This document shows, piece by piece, positions 33,840-45,200 of a stretch of DNA of 64,000 nucleotides. The position numbers and the translations under genes are program-made. The notes below the pieces were generated by a model, which searched no databases, was not told where the DNA came from, and saw only the letters and a program-made list of their open reading frames with translations. Source of the DNA: Balanoglossus misakiensis. Its lineage: Eukaryota; Animalia; Hemichordata. Position 1 is the first letter of the stretch. Every line of letters begins with the position of its first letter. The stretch is taken from contig CM082577.2 in the NCBI GenBank assembly GCA_040954595.2, positions 14,267,903 to 14,331,902 on the forward strand. The letters run 5' to 3'.

Positions 33840-36800
33840 GCAGTTATTGCTGACATTCTTGTCAACAATAACAATGCAGTATACAAGTTTACAAGCTGAA
33901 TACTGTTTGAATAAACATGCTTATGTGAGAACAAGAATTTTCAATTGATACAAAAACAGTGAAAAAGGTCATGAAAAGTGGCTGTTACTGGGCTTTAAAG
34001 AGACAGTTTACTTGACAAAACACCATGATGGGTGTGAACTGACTGTGTGGTCCCAGTATTCAATGACCAATGTTCAGAAATGTTCTTTCTACTTGGGTGT
34101 GATATGCTGGCTTATAAGCATGTGCGTGCCAACTTGACTCTTCCCACAGGAATACACTAAAAGTTGCTAAAAAAACCTACTTGTCATTTTCTTAAAATTT
34201 TGCACACACATTAACCAGAACAATTACATTCACTGTTCAAATAAAACTACATGGTCAGCACACTTAATTTGGAGATAAACTGGATGTTTTCAAAGATAGA
34301 AAAACCACTGGTTAAAAGAATTCTGACTATTTTTCTTATCAGAACTGAGAAATAAAAATCTTGTTCATCAGATGTTTTGGTCAGGCTTCAGAAACAATGA
34401 GAGATTGTAATTTTTTCCCAAAAGGGTGAATTGTGTGCAGTAAAACAAACATTTCCAAACAACAAATGGTGTCTACAAGCTATAGATAATACAACTATCC
34501 AAACGCCCATCTAGCAAAACCAATTCTCTCTCAAAGAAAAAAATTCCAATGAACTATTAATTTTTTTTCCTGGCCTTGTCAGTTAAATTCACTGCCTCAT
34601 ATTTCAATAACTTGCACACTGACCTCTGAATTTTATTACAAATTTTGATAATACTAAAGTATTACAGAGAAGTTAAACATTTGCAAGTGAAAGATGACAA
34701 TTCTTTCAATTTTCCAAATCCATACATCTTTAAGTTTATGTTGCATTACTGTTCATCCTGTATACTGCCAGTGTTCGTTCATTAACTTTGATGTAGCATG
34801 CTGGTCTGACAAACCAATGGGTTTGTGTTTGGCAGTCCTCCTATTTTCAATGTCAAACAGATGATCCTAAAATAGAAACAATTGAGAGAAAGATCAACAG
34901 CCAGTGACAGCAAACTATGCATAAAAAGGCTTGAAGGTATATTTTTGTAATTTTGCATTTGTGGAGAAAGGCTGAAAACCTTTGCTTTTTTCTTCCTTTC
35001 GTCCTCTGTTGTCTAAAAGTATTTAATATACAAATGTACATCTTGTCTGTACTCTGTAATGCTACATAATTGATGTGCAAAGGGAAATCATGTGGGCGGC
35101 TTGTGATGTGAGACATTCAGTGAACTGCATTTTCCTGTGCATCGTACACCGGCCAATGCATGTAGGAATTCACACGGTTTCCAAATTTTGTCGAAGTGAT
35201 TTAGAAATGCACCGTGCGAGTGTACAAACGGAAATGTAATACGAGGTACGACTGCGTTCCAGTGTTTACTTACTGTGTACAGTATAGGAAAGTATACCAC
35301 ATGCACACTGTAAATCAAATTTTGGCGAAGATCTCTGAAAAAACTACCGCAACTAGTGTATCGAAACTTTACACGGTGGCGCTTTGTTATAATAGTTGTT
35401 CGTTGATCATAGTCTTAAATGCGAAAAGGTTTCCGACTAGGTATAAGAGAAGAAAATCGTAATACGAGGTACGACTGCGTTCCAGTGTTTACTGTGTACA
35501 GTATAGGAAAGTATACCGCATGCACACGGTAAATCAAATTTTGGCGAAGATCTCTGAAAAAACTACCGCGACTAGTGTATCGAAACTTTACACGGTGGCG
35601 CTTTGTTATAATAGTTGTTCGTTGATCATAGTCTTAAATGCGAAAAGGTTTCCGACTAGGTATAAAGAGAAGAAAATCGCTTACCTGCGACAACTTTCCA
35701 AACGGCAATGGCGGACGCGGGGCGCCCCTAGTGGCGAAAATGTGTATATTGGATGTCACGCTTGAAAGAATCAGACGTAAAACTATACAGAACTATGCTC
35801 CACTATAAAGCATTTTCGGCTGTACTTAGTAGGCTGGATGTCACACTATGTGTTTAACACGTGCTTTACTTGGGGTTTGGATGCTCTACACATAATGTCT
35901 ATGGAGGGCCTGTGTACGCGTGTACGATTTGTAGACTCTCTACAGTCGCTGTGCCTTGTTTTGTGCACCGCGCCGGCGCGCTGGGCCTGCATTCGATTGA
36001 CTGATATCCTGCCTAGGCCTCGGTGACAAGCACCGAAGATGCAGGTAATGACAAACAACCATATTTAGAATTATGGAATCTGATTGGCTAATAAATGAAC
36101 GTTCTCATTGGTCACTATTACTTCCGGGCTAGATTCAATCTGTAGCGTTTCCTGATAATAAATTTTACCCTTCCCAAATATACATTTAAAAAATAACAAC
36201 AGTTTATGATGTAAGTGAAGCTAAAATCAATACAACTACTGACACAAATGTACATAAATTTTACAACAGACATACTCATTAGCCCACTTCCGGTATGTCA
36301 AACACTTAGCATATTACAAAATTGCGGATGAATTGTATCTGCGTCTATCTTCGTGACTCGTCTTGCTTAATGGTGACAAGTTCAATTCTTATTTTGTTCA
36401 GAAACTTGTTTTCAGTTATAGTTGAACGCATCCTTCCAGTATCAACCTTGAGACTTCAGTAGAAGAAGGGCATACTGTAAACATATTTATATCCCTCCAC
36501 TAGAAGAAAAGCATGTCTGGTCATTTTGTTCTGTTTCTGGGAGATTAATAAACACTACAACACTAATGAGATGCAGCGAAAGGCCAAGGCATTTTAATAG
36601 AATGTGAAAGAGTGTAAACATTGCAAAAATCTTCGCCAGTTTCCTAAACTGACAGACACTAACAGCAAAATCTCAAACAAAGGTCACATGTCAAATATCA
36701 ACTGGCGAGGAAAATCATACAAAACAGTACACCACTGAAAATAAGCACATGTTAATCTACCACAAAGGTGTGGAACTCAAAAACACCAACATGAGCCAAT

Positions 36801-36910
36801 CAATGGAGGTTGATGGATGCAGGAGGGTGAAATCAAACTGCATGCATGCTGACGGTCTGCCGAGTTGACGGAGAAATTCAGTAGACGCAGATGAATGTTG
36901 TGATCCCCCT

Positions 36911-39016
36911 CTAAGGCATAATTGATTTTAATTCCATACCCCGTCGACGTTGGCCTGCAACCAAAAATACAATAAATTACTATTGCATGAATATAACTCT
37001 GAACATATAAAATGAAAATAAAATTTCATGTATACAAATCATATTATCTGTCTATAATCGTTGTTATATCCCTGCACTAGAAGTCAACCACTTCTGGTCA
37101 TTTACTAGATCATGTAGATATTTCGTGTGGGGTTATTCAACATGCTAAATACAACCCAGGTACACGTCATTTATGTAAACAAAACATAAAACTAGGCTGT
37201 CAAATGAAAATATCCAAGCCCTTTTTTTGTAATTTGCAAAATATTTACTTTAAAGTTACTGATACTCACCGCAGATAGAATTTATTCCAGTGGGGACTAT
37301 TTCTGCTGACATGTCCAGATTGTCCGTGTTCCATGTGAATACATCCCCTCCAATTGAGCAGTTTTTTGCCACAGCCTCTACCTCTTCTGCAGTCAGAACT
37401 TTGGACCACATGTTGAATTCGGTGATGCTGCCCACGAATGCCTGATCCATGTCATAACCAACACTTGACTTGTCTTGATCTTGACCCAACGCTAGTGTGC
37501 CGCCACCCCTTATGGTTTTGCCAGTTGCAAAACCATCTGATGTGAACAGTACTTGGCCGTTGAGATATACTCTCCACTCTCCATCACTTGAAGACCATGT
37601 GGAACACAAATGATGCCATTTCCCAGTATTTATCATCGTCATGTCGAGGTGTGTTTGAAGTTCACTCCCAGCAACTTCAAACAAACTATACTCGTTGCAA
37701 CGTTTTTCATCGACACAGTAGGAAAACAAAGCCGAGATGCCCGTTGATAGATCAGGTTTGAACCAGAGACATGTGCTCACAGCGGTCATTTCAGGGACAG
37801 TTGTATTAACAGTGACGTCTGTCATCTCCATCGGTAATCGGAGGGTCTTTCCAGCTGTTGAAGGTAAATAAAAGAGATGAAATGACATAGACTTGAGCAT
37901 GTGCGCGCAGATCGAAAACCGGTTAGCTGCGAGAGCTTGTGCGCATGAGTCTCTTCCCTTAGGATTACATTGATTATTGCTATAGGAAACTCACTTCTGC
38001 TATTGTCGTTTTCACGAAATTTTACACATAACTCAGTCAAGTAAAAATAAATTTATTTATCATTTAAACAGGCAGACAATGACAAATCTTGCAAGCGCAG
38101 CCAAAAATCCGTATCACATATACTGTATTGGCGGTTTGCAACTTGATCGGAGTTTTGTTCTCGTCGCCTAGGCAAATTGCTATACTCGTGATTTTTCCAT
38201 TTTGTGTACCGCCCGTTTGTACAATTCCAGCAGAACGTGTCCTTCCAGTGAAGATGTTACGACTCCAGAAGAAGACCACATTATAATTCTTGCGTGAGAT
38301 TATGCAAAATTAAAATTATTCGAAGGACTCGGGTTAGTCAGATCTCTGGCCGGCCTGATTTGCGATTCACCCCTGCTTTATTCAATAAAGTTATTCAGTC
38401 TATATAATACATATTGACTGCATGCTCCTGACTCACGCCACTAAACTATAAACATCAACCTAGCGACAGCCTCTTGTCAGCTTGAGGGGAAGGATCAGTC
38501 GCCCCGCGTGAGTGTCCCCCCCCCCCCTTGACGAGAATATGTCCTCCCATACCAGCGCAAACCCCACTGCAGCCGCCATCACGATCTACCAGGATCTTCA
38601 GTTGCTGTCATGCTCAGTCTACGCTACAGTTGGCTGCTCCGTTCATTCTAGGAATGATCTTATTGGAGGGATTTGTGGATGAATTGTAATTTTCATAAAT
38701 AAACAAACGTGGCGCGTCGACCTCTTTATCTCTTAAATTTAGTGATACTCACTGCAGGTATGATTTTCAGTCTCGGTTATTTCTGCTACCATTTCAAGTG
38801 CGTCTGTATTCCAACTAAAGACGGTCCTCCATGAGACTGTTAGAGGGCCTTCCAGCAAGCACGCTGCAACATACGCGGCACCTTGTGCTTTCAGCGGGAG
38901 CAGCCACATGTGAAAATCAGAGATCCTTCCCACGAATGCCTGCATGGTCCTTTTCATAACCACCTCTTGGACTACCCTGATGTTGACCCAACACTAAAGT
39001 ACCTCCTGCCCTACTA
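36911..39016 (-). pseudogene. Minus-strand pentraxin-domain arm: truncated frameshifted exon (39016-38753), intact exon (37854-37270), terminal exon (36954-36911)
   Basis: HHLCSTWSS signature and LALGQDQD...QAFVGSITEFNMWS in the intact exon. The upstream exon is 5'-truncated, with a 4-nt CATG insertion near 38944. Confidence 0.65.
37270..37854 (-). CDS. Pentraxin domain exon (585 nt, phase 1-1)
   Basis: caacag acceptor, gtgagt donor, pentraxin signature HxCxTWxS. Confidence 0.85.
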
Positions 39017-39255
39017 AATACTAAATGCAAATGCCAAATCATCAGATTGGAAGACAGTGGGCAAACGTCTTTTTAACCCTAGGTGCAAATTTGACCAACA
39101 ATTAGCCATATAAGCATATGGTGGTGTTTAATTGGTCCAACGAGAACGTAATTCTGATCATTTTGCAAAGTGGCAGGTTCCAGATACTGTCTGCGTCTGC
39201 AAGCCTTGTCGCTCTCTGCCTTATAATAGTTTTTATCCATTTTTGATTTCAACAG

Positions 39256-42200
39256 CCGAAAAAACCCTTCGATTACGTAAGGACGAGACAGACGTCGCTG
39301 TTAAGACGACTGTCCCTGATATGATTGGTGTGAGTGCATGTCTCTGGGTCAAAGCTGATTCCGAAGAAGGCAAGCCAACGTTGGTGTCCTACTGTATCCA
39401 TAGCAGTGAATGCAACGAATTTCTCTTGTATAATGCCAATGCTCTAGAGCTTATAGTAAGAGACGAAGTAAGGAAAACCACACTGTCGGTTTCTGATGGA
39501 GCGTGGCATCAGGTGTGTGCAACATGGTCTTCGAAAGCTGGAGACTGGGCAATTTATCACAACGGCCAGAAATATCTCGGGGGGAGTGGTTTAGCAACTG
39601 GTAAACACATAAGAGGTGACGGCAAATTAGTGTTTGGTCAGGACCAGGATAGTCCAAGAGGTGGTTATGAAACGGACCAGGCATTCGTGGGAAGCATCGC
39701 CGAATTCAAGATGTGGTCAGAAGCGCTTACTGCAGATGAGATAGCGGCTGTGGCAAAAGACTGCTCATTAATTGGAGCAAATGTATACACATGGAATACG
39801 GACGATCTTGACGTGTCAGTAGAAATAACCCCCACGGGAAAGAGTGCTATCTGCCGTGAGTATCAGCAACTTTGAGCGAAATGTTTTGCAAATTTCAAAT
39901 TAAAGTATAAGGTCAACAACATTATCTGTAATATTACGGGGGGGACTCCACGAGTAACCCCGTTTAATATAATTTTCGCCGACTCTTTTGGAAACATCTC
40001 AAAAGACTATAACCTTGTCCTAAAACTTTTGATTTTACTGGGTAAATGGAGCATTCATAAATATTGGGTATGTCAGATGAACACACCAATTAAAGTTATA
40101 TTTAAGAATGAATTGAAGTTAAGATACAACTTAGAGAAAACAAATATATTGCAGAGCCAATATAATGGATACATTTGAGAAAGTTAATAATTTGATTTGA
40201 TTAGGGGACCAATCGCCCTCAGGCGCTTGGTCCCCTTCTGTTATTGCTGGAGTTTTTAGGGCACAAGCCAAGCAGGCTTGTGTCCTATTGGTATTACTGG
40301 GGTTTTTCATCTTTTTTTTTTCTTGTGTAGTTTTTTTGCTCAGGTAGATCTTTGAAACGGCAGAACCTACAAATCTCAAACTTGACACAGTGGTGCAGGC
40401 TTATGGGAGCTGGTGCAGAACCTTTGTGAATGTTTAATAAGTCATGTGACCTGATGACCGTATATGGGCAAAGTTTTCAAATGGGCCTAATTTGCATATG
40501 CATGGAGATATCAAAATTCTTTCAGCGATTTTTGCGGACCATGTTGTGTCCTACATGCCAAATGTCAAGGCCGTGGGCCAAGTCCATTTTGAGAAGAAAA
40601 CTTTTAAATATTATTAGTTTTCCATATTTTTGGACCCAGCCATAGGCCTATACTTTCTATAGTTAAGCTATGACGCTATGTCCACGTCTGTGCAATGGTC
40701 CTGTACAGTGACTCTCTATTGGCCCGTGAGCAGAATGGGACCACAATAAAAGGCAAAATTTTGGGCTCACCTGTAACACCTGCTTAACTCATTAATTATG
40801 TGCATACCTAATTCCAGGCTAACTAATATGGCTAGAGGTTTTGTTCTTGTGGGACATGGACCGGTATGGGATCAAATTGTTTTGCCCAAATTTTGGGTGA
40901 CCTCAGGTGACCTTTGACCTACTTTCCTATATCTCGGCATCCACAGCAGGTACAGACTTGGCGTTTGGAGGGTTGTAACTAAAATTGAAAAGACAAAATT
41001 GGGGGTCACCTGTGACACCTGCTTATATCATTAATTATGTGCATACCTAATTCCAGGCTAGCCAATAGGGCTAGAGGTTTGATTTTTGTTGAACATGGAC
41101 CAGTATGGGGATAAAATTTCTTGCCCAATTTTGGGTGACCTCAGGTGACCTTTGACCTACTTTACCATATCTCGGCAACCCAGGCAGATACAGCCTTGGC
41201 ATTAGGAGGCATGGAACTCCTAATGGAGCCTTATACTTTACCTCATTAATTATGTGCATATCTAATTCTAGGCGAACCAATAGGGCTAGAGGTCTGGTTT
41301 TTGTTGGACCTGGACTAGTATGGGGTCAAAATTTTTTGCTTAACTTTTGGGTTGCCTCAGGTGACCTTTGACCTACTTTCCTATATCTTGGCATCCAGAA
41401 CAGGTACAGCATTTTTGTTTGGATGGATCGAACTATTAATGGAATCTTGGAATGGAACTTAACATCATTAATTATGCACATATCTAATTTCAGACAAACC
41501 AATAGGGCTAGAGGTCTGGTTTCTGTTGGACCTGGACTAGTATTGGGATCAAAACGTTTTGCCCAAATTTTGGGTGACCACATATGACCTTTGACCTTCG
41601 GCTTAAGCTTGTGCCCGTCATCGCTGCTTGCAGCTATATTTCTTCTTTCTTCTTGAGTCGTTTTTTTGCTCCCTTTTTTCTCAAAATCGACGTGGCCTAG
41701 GACCTTGAAATTTGGCACGGTGATTGGGGCCCATGAGTACTGGTGCACCTGCCCTTTGAATTTGTAATTAGTCACGTGACTTGGTGGCTATAATCGAGCG
41801 AAATTTTCAAATTGACCTAATTTGCACGTTAATGGGGGCATGTACATTCTTTTCGCGATTTTTGTAGACCATGTGGCCAAAATCCCCTGTGCCAAATTTC
41901 AAGGTCCTAGGCCACGTTGATTTTGAGAAGAAGATTTTTGTAATATTTTTCACATTTTTTGGTGGGCTGAGGACGAACACTGGGGCATCGGACTTTGAAC
42001 GTCATTACATAATGTTGTGGAGATCTCATTAGCAGGCGGGTTGCAGTAGTCCTTGGAAAATCGGGTGAAATACGTAAACAGACCAGTGATTATTTTCCAC
42101 GGAATGAATTTTGGGACAACACATAATCGGAGTTCAGGCTGTGTTAGGGCGTTTTATTGAATTACGCTGAGTTTGTTAGCTGTTGCCGTTCAACTGTGTC

Positions 42201-45200
42201 TACGCAGACCCGGCTACACTGGTTAACATTCAATGTAATGCGGCAGCGGACTTTGACCCTCAGTCGCTAATGTTGTGGGAGGTTTCATCAATAGCATGGT
42301 AGTCACATGTAGTGGATAGTAGTTCGGGAAATTGGCCGAAATAATCAGACCAGTGATTTTCTTGCACAAAGGGAGTATAGTACCATCAGAGATCAGGCTT
42401 CGTTGCCGTTTAAAAGTTCCTACTTCAGTCGTGACGTTGCAACTGGACGTTCAGTATTGGGTTCGGCCCGCAGGTGGCCGTGGGGGTTATCAGGTCGCCC
42501 GTAATGGCACGCAGCTTCATGCAGCTGTATGGGACCAAAATAATACGCCCGATTCGGGCGTCACCTGTGACACCGTACCTGCGTAACTCTATTATGTGCA
42601 TGCGTAATTGTGGGGTCAATGAAAGGGATGCTAGCGTGGTATTTGTTGCACATGGATCAATATGAAGTCCGATTTTCCTGTCAAGTTGTGGGCGATCTTA
42701 TGTGACATTTCACCTACTTTTGCTTAGTGAATAACAGCAGATGCATGCAGCTTTGGCGTGGTGGGGGGGGGGTATACGGATGGGACCATAATAATATACC
42801 AAAGGCGGGGTCACCTGTTGCACCTGCCTAAGTCATTGATTTTGTACATTTAATTGGACACTAACCAACAGGGCGATATGTGTGGTTTTTGTTCCACAGG
42901 GACGAATGTAAGTGTCAGTTTGTTTTTGCCCAAAAGTATAAGGTGATTTGGATGACCTATGTCGTACAGTGCCATATCTCAGCACGTTGTACAGGTGCAG
43001 CTTTGTTATTTGGAGGGATGAAACTATCATAAAATGCCAAATACAGGGGGATACCTGTGACACCTGCTTGATTCATGTATTACGTGAATACCTAATGGTA
43101 GGCAAAGTGAAAGGGCTGCAACTGTAGGATTTGTTGCACATGACATAAGCAGGAATGAAAATTTTTTGTCAAATATTTGGGTGACCTCAGGTGTCCATTG
43201 ACCTGCTTTCCATATGTTAGCATGCACATCATATATAACCAGGTGTTTGGAGGGGTAGGGTAGGACCCTCTGCGTCATGAAATGCTAAATTCCTGGGGCC
43301 GCCTGTAACTCACTTGCGAAACTCATTATTATGGCCATATATAATTTGACCAACCCAAAGGGCGAGGATTTTCCGTTGTCTTGAATATGAACCAAATAAG
43401 AATCCTAATTTTTGGCCCAAATTTTGGGTACCCTCACCTGACCTTTGAAGTACTTACTGAAGTACTTACAACGGAGAAGTTCACCTTTGGTTGTTGTGTT
43501 TGTACTTGTAGGACATGCATTTCTGGTGGTTGCCTACTTCTCCATATCTCAACATCGAGAGCAAATACAGCCTACGCATATGAATGGTACAACCCTGAAT
43601 GGATTCTAATGGTTATTAACTCTATGCTTGGGCCCCTTCAATGCTGCTTGCAGCTTTAATTGTAATTTTTAATCTCTTTCGCATTTATTACATGAGTGAA
43701 TTTAAAAAAAAAAGAGAGAAAAAAATATAGTCCTTTGACATTCCCATTTGACAGCCTAGGTTTATGTTTTGTTTACATAAATAAGTCTTACTGGGTAGCA
43801 TTTTACATTTTAAAGAATCCCACACAAGAAATATCCCAAAGTGACCAGAAGTGGTTGCGTAATGACTTCTAGTGCATGGATATAATTATAGACAGATAAT
43901 AGGATTTATATACATGCAATTGTTTTTTATTGTATTTTTTGATGTACCAATCAAGATAATTAAGAGAAAAACTATCTTCTAAAATACAATTTACCGCTAA
44001 CTGCCACTTTTCATACTTCGCCCGCGCTTTAAACCACACATTTCCCAAAATGTTCTTGACAGAATGAAATACAAAATGCAAAATGCAAAATCATCAGATT
44101 GTAAGACTGTGGATAAAGGTCTTTTTCACCCGGGGGGGTGGGGGTAAATGGCAGTGTTTGATTGGCTCAATAAGAACGCAATTCTGGTCATATTGCAAAG
44201 TGGCAGGTACCAGATACAATTTCTGACTATGTATGCAAGCATTGTCACTATCTGCCTAACACTCGAATTTAATTTCAACAGCCGAACTGACCCTTCGATT
44301 ACTGAAGGACGTGGCAGACGTCGCTGCTAAGACAAATGTCCCTGATCTGAGTGGTGTGAGCGCATGTCTCTGGGTCAAAGCTGATTCCACAGAGGGCAAG
44401 CCAACATTGGTGTCCTACTGTGTCCATAGCAGTGAATGCAACGAATTTCTCTTGTATAATGCCAATGCTCTAGAGCTTATAGTAAGAGACGAAGTAAGGA
44501 AAACCACACTGTCGGTTTCTGATGGAGCGTGGCATCAGGTGTGTGCAACATGGTCTTCGAAAGCTGGAGACTGGGCAATTTATCACAACGGCCAGAAATA
44601 TCTCGGGGGGAGTGGTTTAGCAACTGGTAAACACATAAGAGGTGACGGCAAATTAGTGTTTGGTCAGGACCAGGATAGTCCAAGAGGTGGTTATGAAACG
44701 GACCAGGCATTCGTGGGAAGCATCACCGAATTCAACATATGGTCCAAAGTTCTGACTGCAGAAGATGTAAAGGCTGTAGCAAAAGACTGCTCATCAATTG
44801 GAGGAAATGTGTTCACATGGAACACGAACAATCTGGACATGGCAGCAGAAATAATCCCCTCCGAAAAGAATGCTATCTGCCGTGAGTATCATCAGTAACT
44901 TTGAGGGAAACATTTTGCAAATAACAAAAAAACATGAGCCTTGGACATTTTCATTTGACAGGCTAAGTTTATGTTTTGTTTACATAAATAACGTGTGTCT
45001 GTATATTTTTGCATAATACCCCAAAAAAGTAAATGACCAGAAGTGGTCCGTTGACTTCTAGTGCAGGGATATAGCAACGGTAAAACATAGATAATAGGAT
45101 TTATTGGCATGCAACTTAATTTTATTTTATATGTTGAGAATTATATTCATGCAATTAAATTTTGCTGTATTTTTGGTTGCACCAATCATGGTAATTATGA

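Larger units (their letters stand above)
28765..33997. mobile_element. Old palindromic MITE (Kolobok-like), split by later insertions
   Basis: AAAGCCCAAGAATCAGCCACTTTT at about 28766 vs AAAAGTGGCTGTTACTGGGCTTT at about 33974-33996. Removing 28870-29183 and 29230-33839 rejoins a ~300-bp imperfect palindrome. Confidence 0.55.
26830..35912. mobile_element. 9.1-kb DNA transposon with ~770-bp TIRs, CAG...CTG termini and 5-bp TSD; superfamily unassigned
   Basis: 26830-27597 is the near-perfect reverse complement of 35146-35912. TGTAC flanks both sides (26825-29, 35913-17). Each TIR holds a ~220-bp tandem duplication. Confidence 0.9.

Noticed and set aside
26977-35765. Duplicated ORFs MHTVNQILAKISEK... 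at both ends of the large element
   Set aside because: They arise from the tandem duplication inside the TIRs, show no domain similarity and are probably non-coding.
26830-35912. ProtoRAG/Transib identity for the 5-bp-TSD element
   Set aside because: The termini are CAGGCCC rather than a CAC heptamer-like end, and no RAG1, RAG2 or Transib coding sequence is recognisable.
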